A program made the position numbers and the translations under genes. Positions 22,834 through 34,617 of a DNA stretch of 64,000 bases are shown one piece after another (position 1 is the first letter of the stretch; each line of letters starts with the position of its first letter). This DNA comes from Eremomyces bilateralis CBS 781.70. Its lineage: Eukaryota. The stretch lies in the NCBI GenBank assembly GCA_010015585.1, contig ML975149.1. The stretch is one strand, 5' to 3'. The notes below the pieces were generated by a model. It was not told the origin of the DNA. It did no database searches and was given only the letters and a program-made list of their open reading frames with translations.

Positions 22834-25706
22834 CTAGTAATCCCAATCCCCATCCCGCGCATAACTACTATCCACCGCCTCGCTCGTCCGACTCGCCCGA
22901 CTTGATCTCCCCGCCCTGCTACCACCCGTCTTTCTACGCCCACGACTCCCTTGATCCCCCTCTCCACCTTGTGATCCATCCACCGCAGCACCCCAGAGCC
23001 CCCCCCCATCATCCCACTGATCGTGCCCCGGGCTCGAACGTGCACTCTTCCGATCACTTCTCGCCGACCGCCGACTACCACTCCGCCGCCCACTCCCGGC
23101 ACTCCGACGGCCTCGCACGCTCCCATCGCTACCGCTTCCACGCTCACTCCCAGCGGTGCGGCTCCCTTGCCTGCTCCCATCCTCCGCTGACCCACCAAAA
23201 TCCACCGCCACCTCGACACTCGAGCTATTTGAAACATCGTCTTCGCTTACCGAGAGCCCCGACCGGCCATCTCCGCTACCGCTGCTGCCGTTACCCGACA
23301 TCTGTGACGAAACATCGGTACCCCGTCCGCGACCACTTCCAACCTCGAAAACCGCGCGGTTCTCATGCCCGACGTGCCGACGAGGAAGCTCCGGAGAGCG
23401 GACCTGAGGGCTATCGGCGAGGGTCTCTATGCGGCTGTGCTGGGACTCAATCTCGTCATGTCCGTCGTCCGGGTGCTGGGAGGCGAGGGCTTCCATGTGG
23501 TGGTAGAGGGGGGAGTCGTCGGGGATGACGATGGTGAAGGCGCGGGGCTGGGGAGTAGAGTGGTCGAGGGGGTCGTCCGGGTAGGGGAGGGGTTCGGGCG
23601 AGGGTGGGGGGAGGGAGTGGTTGGATGAGAGGGGGGCTGGGAGTGTGGGTTAGCATATGGTACTGATATAATAGGTTGGAGAGAAAGGAGTGAGAGTACC
23701 TTCTTGTTCCTCGGCATTTGGATCGCTGCTGCGGTGTCCATCATATCCACCCCGGCGATAAGACCTGGACAATGTGGAACGGCTGCCGTAGTCCTGTGGA
23801 GTCCAATTCCAATCAGGGGTGGCTGGCCCGCTGGGTTTCTGAGGGGGAGTGAAGTGAACGCGCACTCGACTGTCACTGCCGCTGCGTTGGCGCAGTCGAC
23901 TGCGAGGTCTGTAATCCGGCCGTCTTACGGTTACTTCCGATCCGGACGAGTACCGGTTATCATACCGCCGGCTGGGTCGTCGATAGTCACGACGGTCGTC
24001 ATCTGTCTCAACAATGGTGCGTCGACGGACGCTAACCGAGCGTTCTTCTCTTGACTCGTCTCTCGAGGTTGATGGACGGTCATTGGCTCCGCCTCGTATG
24101 TCGTTGTAGTAGCCTGGAATCCTCCGATGAGGGATGACTCGAGCGTGCGCAGGCGTCCCGTCTCGGCGATATCCACGCCCTCGTCGCTCTTCTTCGATAT
24201 CAGGGGAATACGGATAGTCTCGTGTGCTTCGTCGTCGTTCTTCTTCATCAGGAGAATACGGATAGTCTCGTGTGATCCACCGTCGCTCGTAATAGTACGG
24301 CTCTCGATCTTCCTCCATAGGCGCAATTCGACCGTATGGATAAGATCGACGATCCGGCTCAATCCTCTCCGCAGCCCGGCGATAGCTTTCGTCTCGTTCA
24401 TCGCGGACGCGGATCCTCGAGGCATCTGGTACCGACCGGGAGCGCCGTCGTGAACGCCGCCGGGACCGGTACCCTCGTTCCGGAGACGTCATCCTTACCG
24501 CTTCCCGCACGCGACGGATAACAGTACGCCGCGTCATCGGCTCGATCGGGTAATTGACCTCGGGCTCTCTGCTGATCGACCGCTGCCTTGGCGTCGGGAT
24601 TCCGATATATGGCGAGCGTGGCCTCCCCCGATGCGGTCGTGGCGAATCAAACCTTCGACGGTCCTCGACGTCGTCATCTCTGCTGCACGATCTCGTCACG
24701 CGAATGGATGTATCCATCGGCAAGAGTGCCGGGCTGCGCTGCGTCGAGCTCACTCGAACGCGACGAATCACGCGCTCGACCGACTCGCAGCTTGCGTCGC
24801 GAAGTCGTTGCGGCGACGGGGTGGATTCTCGGATGCATTTTCCGCAGATACCCGGCTCGGGGGTCTCTCCTGGGATGATCGGGTTATCGCGGTGATAGGA
24901 TTTCGATCGGATCCGCCCGCAATTCGAGCATCGGTGATATCTTGGATCGGTGAGAGCGATGGCTGTGGGATCGGTGTATCGTCTTTCTGGAAGCAGCTGA
25001 CTTTGTCGTGGTTGGTATGGTGGTGCGGGGAGTGTGAGAGGCGGTTGATAAGGGGTGAGTCTGCTGTAGTCCAGGAGATTAGGGTTAGGAATGGATAATG
25101 TAGGAGGCGGAAGAACGGGGGGATAAGGAGGAGGAGCAATAAAAGTAGGTAAAAGAGGCGGTGGCCCTGGTGGAAACCAAACCGGCCCCGCGGGAGGAAA
25201 TATAGGGGAAGGAAACATAGGCCGATGAATAAAACCCGGCACCGACGGACCCGAAGGCGGGTCCCACGGCCCCGCCGGTGGAGGAGGAGGAATCGAAAAC
25301 ATAGGAGACTGAAGCACCGGAACGTACTGCGTGTTCGTGCACAGCCCAGGCACGGTGATCGACCTGCCAGCGAGCTGCCGGCGCCGTCGCTCGAGCTCCC
25401 GAGTATCCAGGAAGCCGATACTCTCGAGAAATGATTCCAAGAAAAGGCTCTTGGGCTTGTCGCGGACCATGAATAGCTGGTCGCCGCGGCGTTGGACACG
25501 GGCGTCGGGGCGGCGGCGGAGGGGGGCGTAGTGGGGGTCGGGGGGGTAGGGGAGGGAGGTTGGGATGGGTGCGGATGGAGGAGGGGCGCTGGGAGGGATG
25601 TTGTTAGAATTACAGAACTGGGCATGTGATGGATGGGATCATGGGGTGAGGCTTACGGGACCATGACTCCTTCTTCCGGGGGGAGGAACATTATCGGACC
25701 GGACAT
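22834..25706 (-). CDS. Pro/Arg-rich, largely disordered hypothetical protein with a CxxC...CxxC module; multi-exon, boundaries approximate
   Basis: 606 aa ORF 23650..25470 with CSNCGRIRSKSYH...GICGKC; flanking GT-AG introns near 25657 and 23698; terminal ORF ends at 22834. Confidence 0.6.
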
Positions 25707-26219
25707 GGTGATATGAGTTCGAGTGGTCTTGGATTGAACCTGTTTTTAGAGTAGCGATGGTAGAGGGAGACCAAGAGGCTGACGAAGAACGGAAGAGACC
25801 AGAAAGTCGATGACAGATGTCAATGGAAAGGAAGATGATAAAACTGGCTATGAGGAAGTCTGAGACAAGATTGCACAGCGAAGATGAGTGACTTCGAGAA
25901 AGTTCAAATAGCGAGTCCTTGGAACTGATAATCAATCGAGGACATTCAGTCACTTCACCCTTTCCTAATCGAACCAAGTTACGATTTCACCTGCCTCATC
26001 ACTTCTACCTCTGCCCTCTGCCCTCCCGAGGCGACCTTGCCGTAGAATCGCATATATTCGCTATACAAGAGCTAATCTTTTACCGGTGATCGCTCTCCCG
26101 AGCATTACCAGGCCCAACTCCGACGCCGCCCAAATGCCACCCTAAGAACAACCGAGTTCCACGACTCTTTTAGTACATTCGCAACCATCAGCGACGTTTC
26201 CGCTCCGACCTCACCTCAC

Positions 26220-28761
26220 CTACTCCACGCGCAGCACCCGAGCGCCGCGTCGCTTCGTCGCCTTCTTCTTCTTGTGCCCCTTGTCGAACGCCGCGGCGCT
26301 CCCGTGGTCGCGGCCGACGTTGTCGAGGTCCTTGACCTTATAGATGCGGATGATCCAGTTCTCGCTCGTGAACGCCTCGTCGACGGTGGTGAGCTGCGGT
26401 CCCTCGGCGGGGAGGCGCGAGCCGCGGACGCGGTCCATCGCTTGGCCTGGGGGGAAGAGCCCGTTGTAGTTGTAGTACGACATCTTGTACCTGCGGGGAT
26501 TAGCGTTGTGTGTTAGGGGGTAGTAGGCTGGGAGGCTTACATCAAGCTGTTCTTCATCGTTGGGGTCGCTTCGTCGTCAATTCGGTATTCGCCTCGCGCA
26601 GTGAAGAAGTCGCGCTCCTTCACCTCGTCCGGCCAGATTCCCTCCGCGATGCGGACCATCCACAGGAACTTGTTGATGTCGTCTCCCGAGTAGCCGAGGA
26701 GGCCACCGAACACGACGAGGACGTAGTCGACTTCATGCTGGCGCATGATCGGATAGCTGACCTCCTCGCGGGAGCTCATCGCCTTGCCGACCGTCGCGAT
26801 GTGCGTGTTGTTCCAGGTATTGTTGTCCACCAGCGTCGGCCGATCCGCCATTCCGCCGATTTGGTATCCGTAATCCCACCACGACATGATCTTCGCATTC
26901 TCGTCGACGTTCTGTCGGAGCCAGTAGTACGCCTCTCGATAGTCGTCGATGATATGCTGCGATCCGTCGGGTAGACGGCTGGCTAGCACCACGGATGGCG
27001 AGGAGTAGGCGTTAGACGTCACCCAGGTACAATGAGCAACGAAAAGTAGGAGGTAGACCGTGGTGGAGAGAACCACAATTGCTTTCGACACATTGGAGTA
27101 GATTCCAATCACGGGATGCCGAGTCGACCGGAGCCCTGGCGACAAGATTTTCGTTACTGGATTCACAGGCGACTTCACATCCGCGAACTCCTTCGCACTG
27201 CCGTTCTCCTTCGTGTCCACAATCGGCGTCTTCGTAGTCAAGTACGTGTCGAGGATCTGCGACAGCGCCATCGCCGCAGCAACGCAGACGATCGGAGTCA
27301 GGGTGAGCATCAAACGAACCATGACGCCGGAGAAATAGCTCGCCAGAACCGCGTAGATGACGATGAAGACATGCTCGTCTTTCAGGTGACGGAAGCACAT
27401 GTATACACCGGCAGGGAAGAGCCAGATGAGCATGTTCAGGTCGAAGAAGAATGCAGGCCACGCGGTCGGTTGGTGCTCGGACACACTAGCGATGATCGGG
27501 ATGTGGATCTTGGCGTAGCCGGTATCCCAGAGGGAGTAGAATCGACCGGTCCATGGCGCGATGACTCCGGAAAGGGTGAGAAGGACGAGGCCGCCAAGTG
27601 CAACGACGAAGATGACAAGGACGAGGGACCGGAGGAGGGTTTGGAATTGCTTGCTGGGGAGTTGGTATCGGATGTACTCGACGAACGCGACCAACTGGAT
27701 CAAGCCGAAGACACCTATAGAAGCATTAGCGGGCGCTCCCTGGACAACTAATGCGGAGTATCAAATCATCCTCACCTAAGGGAGCCATATGCTCACTGCT
27801 CCGCACCGGATCGAATCCAACGAAGGGAATCTGCATAGCTGCCAAAGTTCCGATTGCATACCAGGTCGTGTATGCAACGTAGAGCCTCGAACTGTACCGA
27901 CCCATGCAGATGAGGACGAACGCATGCAACGGCAGCATATTCGTGATGAATACGTATCCTCCCCAAGCAGACACCATGTACCCGTATGACAGCGCCGTGA
28001 TAGCGCTCCAGAAGATCGAGCCATTCTTGACGGCCTTGATCCAGAAATAGAATGTTGCTACAAGGAGCGTAATCGCAATGGCCTCGTTATCGTATGACTA
28101 CCAATTGTGAGCTTTGTATCCTTCCAAATTGTACAAGCAGCACATACCCCTGCCACGGATCGACTGATGTATCCGGGAGAAATTCCCATGAACACCGCCG
28201 CCAGCAACCCCGCGGAGGGAGACGTCGACATCTCCGACGTAAGGAGATACGCCGCCACGGCCGTGAGGCCTGAGAAGGCAGGAGCGAGCAAGACGCAGAT
28301 GTTGCGGATGTCGACCGGGAAGGTCAGGAATCGAAGGAGGTGGTAGATCGCGCCCGACGTCACCATGAGGCCCGGGTATAAAGTCCCTCCGGTGACTCGT
28401 CCCAGCGGGTGCCATGTTCCTACAACACCAAATCAGCGCGGCACATCGCAGGCAAGCAGGATTGATCGCATACGGTCATCGAACCAGTCCCAGAAAGGGT
28501 AGAAGCCATTCTCGACGAGGTATTTCGTCGCGCGGAAATTGAACCATGGATCAACTATATGGCCATTAATATCGTGTCCTTTGGTCAGATACCATCCCCG
28601 CACGTACATTCATGGATGATAGACTCGAATCGAATCACGCTGAACAACCGGCTCGAAATGGCAGCGCCGGCGATGCAGAGGAGGATCACGACACGCAGCA
28701 ACGAGCGGGTGTTGTGTCCGCTCTGGCCTTTGAAGAACACATCTCCAGCCGTAGCAGTCAT
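26220..28761 (-). CDS. STT3: Oligosaccharyltransferase catalytic subunit STT3, multi-exon
   Basis: [48 protein letters not shown] and DINKFLWM. Confidence 0.98.
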
Positions 28762-29133
28762 GGCGACGGCGACAGCGATAGCGAACGAAAGTACATGGGA
28801 TTTCGGAGACGGGGAGGGCTAACGAGAGACGAGAGATGGGGGATAGGGATCTCAATAGCTGGTGTTGCGTGTTCAATACAGTAGTAGGAGGCAGATATCC
28901 GGAGCTTGGGAGATATCTGGCTCCTACAGGGGTCCAAGTCTTGGCGTTCGTCGTTGCTGTGTCGAACTTTTTGGATGGAGACATCTGAACTTCCTCAACC
29001 AGCAATTGATATCAGAGCTTTGAGGAATCTCCTCTTCTTCTCAATAAAATACTAAGGTGAGTAATTGAATGGAAACTCGGATTTAATTGAACCAATTTCT
29101 AACATCGATCCAGCTTCCCGTCATCCCGCCAAG

Positions 29134-29739
29134 ATGATATGCGATCGCTGTCTCCTCCGCGCCTCGCGCTCCCTCACCCGCGTTTCCATCCACGATGCCC
29201 CCCGAGCCTTCACCGCATCCATGATCCCTAGACAATCCCTCATCGCCCGCCGCTTCGCCTCCACGGACTCCTCCTCCCAACCCACCACCACCTCAACCAC
29301 CTCCTCCGACACCACCTCCCCCAAATCTGCCATCGCCCTCTCCTCCGTCCCCGCCGGCACCCCTCTCAAAGGCATCAACTACCTCAAATCCGCCTCCGAC
29401 CCTCTCGCCCTCGCCGACGACGCCTACCCCCCCTGGCTCTGGACCCTCCTCTCCTCCACCAACGCCTCTACCCTCGCTGACCCCGCCTCGGAAATCGACC
29501 CGACCATGCCGCGCAAGCAGAAGAAGAAGCTGCTGAAGAAGATCGCGAAGGAGCGCGCGGCCGGGAAAGAGGAGGCAACGGTGCCGGTGTATGAGCAGAC
29601 GGTGGATTTGCCGGAGGGGGATGGGAGTGTGGAGGCGGGGGAGAGGGCGAGGAAGGAGAGGGAGGGGTTGAGGAGGGCGTTGAGGGGAAAGAATCGCGCA
29701 GGGATTAAGGAAGCGAATTATTTGAAGACGATGAGGTGA
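29134..29739 (+). CDS. MRPL37: Mitochondrial large-subunit ribosomal protein mL54 (yeast Mrpl37-like)
   Basis: Arg/Ser-rich presequence; SSVPAGTPLKGINYLK...DPLALADDAYPPWLWTLL; C-terminal NRAGIKEANYL. Confidence 0.9.
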   Translation: MICDRCLLRASRSLTRVSIHDAPRAFTASMIPRQSLIARRFASTDSSSQPTTTSTTSSDTTSPKSAIALSSVPAGTPLKGINYLKSASDPLALADDAYPPWLWTLLSSTNASTLADPASEIDPTMPRKQKKKLLKKIAKERAAGKEEATVPVYEQTVDLPEGDGSVEAGERARKEREGLRRALRGKNRAGIKEANYLKTMR

Positions 29740-30062
29740 TTTAGAAGGGAACTGTTGAGTTTGGGGGGATGGGATGGATTTGTGGGCGGATTGTCAGCTG
29801 TATGGTGTATTGTATATTACCGCGCATGGGACGGACATGGACTTCAGATATTCTAGTGTCATTGTTTCTATTTAATCTTTGTACAGACTCTTGCTGCGCC
29901 GAGGGAGCGGATTCCGTGCTCAACCTGTAGCTTTCCCACTTTCCAATTTTCCAACGTGGTCGGTTGGTCTAAGTCCATATGCTTGCGCCATCCATGCAAA
30001 CGAAAGAAAGAAAGCGACAGAGCCTCCAAGACGGTCATCACCAACATGACAGCACGGACAGA

Positions 30063-31640
30063 TCACGCTTGCTTGCTCTTCTGCCGTTTCTCTTGAAGAT
30101 ACCGCCATCCTCGCCCAACTCCCGCCGTAATGAAGCCCTTCACCGACTGGCTCGTACTCGGCCACTCAACAGTCTGCTGAATCGCCTTCCGAACCATCTC
30201 CCGCAGATCCGGTTCCCCGGCAATCCTACGGTCGAACTCCGTGCCTTCCCGCCTCCGGAACCCTTCCTTGTCCTCATCTTGCGCTTGCTCCAACATCTCG
30301 TTGAACTGGTTCCCCGGGATCGCGAACTTCCCCTGGTACAGGAAATACAGCTTCTCCCGGAACGCCCGCGGGAGCCGCCGCACCATGTTCCCACGCTTCA
30401 CCGGATCCATATCCTGCTCCAACATGCAGTCGCTCTCGGAGTCCTGCTCCCACCCCTGCTGATAGCAGCGCGGATCGTTCAGCGATACGTTCGGCAGGTC
30501 CTCGATGAGCGGGTTGTAGAGAAGGCGGAAGTTCGGGAGCTGGTGCGTGACGATGTTGGAGACCTTGTTGGGGTTCTCGGAGCGGAACCGGATGCGCGGG
30601 TCGCCGGTGTAGGAGATGCTGGCGATTTCGTTGTACAGTTCTTTCTCGGTGAACTTTTCGGGGAGCATGAGGAGGGCGGTGCGGACGGCGCTGATCAGGT
30701 TGATTTGGTTCGCGAGTCGCACTTTCGGGTCGTCGCGGAGGATCTTGACGGGTTTCTGGAGTCGGCCGGCGAGGTAGAGGGTGTCCCAGTCGCTGAGATC
30801 CCTCTGTAACGTTTTGAGATTGACGACCCCATACTTGATCATGGTCCCGTTGACTGTGATGTATGGATTGAAATATACCCCAGCGCCCCAATTCTCCTGG
30901 ACTTTCGTCACCGGGCCTGAACCAAGGGAGCCGAGGGCGGAGTAATGGTCGCGATGCTGGTGGAGGTTGAGCGAGTGCCAATGCTCCGTGAACGAGACGC
31001 CGAAAATAAAATCGATGATTTTCCCTCCTCCTCGCTGCCACGTCTTGATGGCCTCGGGGGGATGTGGGTGCGGGGACAGGGATTCCGGTTTGACGTCGCC
31101 GTTCGACTGCGGGAACACTCCGGATCCATACGCAAAGGCATAGCGTATAGGGGCCCGGAACTGCCAGAGGATCTGTCGCAAAGATTCCTTGAATTCCTCG
31201 TTGATGATCATGTGTTGGTTGAACCCAAAGGTCCGGTGCGGAAGCTGATCGAACTTCGTGATGTTCCAGTCCGGCTCATCTTCCCAGCCCGGAGGAAGAG
31301 ACTCGTTAGAGGAGGTTGATGCACGAGATGGCGTCTCCCACGTTGAACTACTAGTTGACCCTCCTTTGATTTCCGAAGTAGATGAACTGGATGATGAGGG
31401 AGGCGCCTCTCTCGATTGCGACGACTTGGGCTCCGGAGTCGCGGAAGCGAAGGGTTGGATCCGGTTGAACGAGTGTCGGGACTGCCGGCAGACAAAACTA
31501 GAGGCCGAATAGGATAACGATTGACTGGGTAGACGGTGTCGGATCCTGCTCAAGAGCTATACCAGCCCGATTAGCTACCCTCTGCTTCGAATGGGAATGC
31601 GACGGCTTACAGCGGGAGCCCTATACGACGCAATATTCAT
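30063..31640 (-). CDS. TAM41: Mitochondrial phosphatidate cytidylyltransferase Tam41
   Basis: YAFAYGSGVFPQ, IDFIFGV, GAGVYFNPY, IKYGVV, LYLAGRLQKPV and ISYTGDPR; short first exon plus intron at the 5' end. Confidence 0.96.
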
Positions 31641-32036
31641 TTTTTAAGAGGGAAATGGCTATGACTCAGTCCGAAGGGCAGTGATATGAAAGCAGAGGAG
31701 CCCATCTCTTTTAAGTCAACATCCTTGAGGGACGAATGAGAGTCAAATTGTTTGTATATCCGATTGTAGTTGGAGTGTGAATCGGATATTGCGGCGGATC
31801 TCGATGGAGCTGTCAATTGGTGCTAATTGCTAAGGACACATGTCGTTTTTGGTTCCTGTAGTGCGCTGTAAAAAGCAGTCACGTGGCATGCGGGCAGAAC
31901 CGCGTCCGGCTCCACTTTTATATCCCTGTCTCTCACAACCAAACTCCAAAGTGTAAACAACCATTCGGTCTCTCCCAACTTCAACCACAATCCCTTCAAT
32001 TGTTCCTCTTCATTATTCTTTGATCGCGACTCCAAG

Positions 32037-34617
32037 ATGGCGGTTCCAGAGGAGGCTTATACCTATGCTGGAAGGCTTGAAACCTTCAAGGCTGTGCATC
32101 ATCTCACAAAACGCCGCGCATCATCCACCAGGAAGAAGGGCGCGACAGCGGTAGAATGGCCGCATGCTTCCCCGGCGCCAGAAGAGGTACGTCGCTCTCG
32201 TAGGGCTTGATCATGGACTAGAAGTACTCATATCTCTCTAGCTCGCTCGTGCGGGGTTCTTCTTCAAGCCGTCCGCCGATAGTCTCGACAACGCCATGTG
32301 CTTCTGCTGCCAACGAAATCTGGACGGATGGGAGCCCAACGATAATCCGGCGGTCGAACATTATGCCCACGGCAAAGACTGTGCATGGGCTGTTAATTGC
32401 TATTTTGGTCAAGGACTAGATGAGGACCCGTTGGACGCAGAACTCCTGGCGATGCGAAAAGCGACGTTTACAAGCAACTGGCCTCATAAAGGGAAGCGTG
32501 GTTGGAAGTGCACGATAAACAAAGTAAGACTCGATGACATGGGCGGCGACATGATCCAACTGACATGTTGTATTAGCTTGCCGAAGCTGGGTGGTGCTAC
32601 AATCCAACACCAGAGTATGACGATTACACCACCTGCCTCTACTGCGGTTTGTCGCTTGATGGTTGGGAGCCAAAGGATGATCCTTTGTATGTGGACCGAT
32701 TCTTTTCTGCCACAACAAATCTAACTTTACACAGAGAAGAGCATCGGAGGCGAGCTGAAGGCTGCGATTTCTTTAGACTTGCGGATGAACATGCGGCGAC
32801 ACGAAAACCCGCACGTTCGAAGAAGGCTCGAGGGTCCACTGCGTCGAAAGCATCTAGACTCTCTGTCCAGTCTACCATGACTGTATCAGACACGCCTTCA
32901 TTCATCTCTGCACTAGAAATGCCGGCTGCCGAAGATGATAGCATAATGACCACCGATACGGTGGCAACAACCACGTCTACCGCAGGAAAAGGGCGTAAAG
33001 GCGCTTCGAAATCCAAACCGACAGCTAAGTCGACGCGTAAAAACACGCGTACAAAGAAGAAAGAGGTGGAAGACGCAGAGACGAGCGAAGAGCCATCTCA
33101 GCCTCAAGAAATACAAGGGGCAGACGCACCTCCGCCGAAACGAAACGCGCGGCGTAAACCAAGCCAGCAGGATATGTCGCAGTCAGAGGTGACCGTGTTG
33201 GACTGGCAGCCTAAACGAGTTACCCGCGGCAAAAAAGCGAACGCCAAAGAGGAAAAGAGAATAAGTGAAGATGCAAGCCAGCTTCACGACGACTTGCTTC
33301 CTGTCGTTGAGCCTTCGCAACTGGAGGAAAAGCCCGCTCGACCGAAGAGAGGAACCAAGCGAACCAGCGATGGCATTTCCAAGGTTGATTCGTCCGTCAT
33401 CATTGTGGAGATGCCCCAGGTGCAGCAAGAACAGCCAAAGAAAGGCCGGCAGACGAAGGCGAAGAAAGGGAAGAAAGCAGCGGCTACTATAGAGTCGGAG
33501 ACGGATGTACCACAGCCTGTACCTGCGGCCAAACCTACCCGTAAGAGAGCGAACACCAAGACACGCGCCGCGAAACCGAAAGAGCCGAAGCCGGAGCCGG
33601 AACTCGAGCAGGAACCTGAGTTGGAACCTGAGTTGGAACCTGAGTTGGAACCTGAGTTGGAACCTGAGTTGGAACCTGAGTTGGAACCTGAGTTGGAACC
33701 NNNNNNNNNNGGAACCTGAGTTGGAACCTGAGTTGGAACCTGAGTTGGAACCTGAGTTGGAACCTGAGTTGGAACCTGAGTTGGAACCTGAGTTGGAACC
33801 CGTGCAGGAACCCCAGCAAGAACCGGAGACAGTGGAGCCTGAAGACCTTCAAGAACAAATTCCTGACTTCCCACTACCGCCGCGCCAAATGACGCCAGTT
33901 GTCTCTTCACGCGAGTCTGAAGAACACCCATCTTCATCCCCTACTCCACTCCAACCTCGCTCAACCACCACTCCCCGACGAGCAACCGGTGTCCCCTCAT
34001 CAGCACTACGCCAACCACCCTCCACCGGCCCACAGCACGCATCCACCCCCTCCCCTCAATCCTCCGACGCCGAAAACGTCCCCCCCTCCTCTCGTCAACT
34101 ATCCTCCCGACAACTATCCTCCCGACCCCCANNNNNNNNNNNNNNNNNNNNNNNNNNNNNNNNNNNNNNNNNNNNNNNNNNNNNNNNNNNNNNNNNNNNN
34201 NNNNNNNNNNNNNNNNNNNNNNNNNNNNNNNNNNNNNNNNNCGCCACCCCCACCACCGCCTCCCCCCCCAAACCCGCCTGGCATCCCTCCGACCTCGAAA
34301 CCCTCTTTCTCCCCTCTCCCACCACCAAATCTACCCTCCCCCCGCACCTCCGGAACCTCACCAGCGTTTCCCCTGCGCCCGGCAGCAGCGGCGACGAGCG
34401 CAACAAGGAGAATCGGCCGAGCATGGGGCAGGTGTTGCGGCGGGTAAGAAAGGGGTTGAGCGAGGAGGAGAAGGGGATGACGGTGGAGGAGTGGGTGGTG
34501 TGGAATGCGGCGAGGGGGGAGGAGAAGTTAAGGTGGGAGTGTGAGCGATTGGTGGGGGTCTTTGAGAAGGAAGCGGGGAGGGCGGTGGAGGTGATGGAGG
34601 GGATGGAGACGGCGTGA
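32037..34617 (+). CDS. BIR1: Survivin-like chromosomal passenger protein Bir1 (two BIR domains); contains assembly gaps
   Basis: RLETF...WPH...LARAGFFF...CFCC..NLDGWEPNDNPAVEH...C; second BIR RKATF..WPH...AGW...CLYC..SLDGWEPKDDP..EH..C; C-terminal MTVEEW...CERLVGVFE. Confidence 0.92.
33612..33800 (+). repeat. Coding 12-bp tandem repeat (GAACCTGAGTTG; EPEL)n, about 15 visible copies across a 10-N gap
   Basis: Directly visible perfect repeat. Confidence 0.95.

Noticed and set aside
33701..33710. Apparent frameshift or pseudogenisation of BIR1
   Set aside because: The frame change coincides with N-gaps of arbitrary length (33701-33710 and 34132-34241); assembly artefact.
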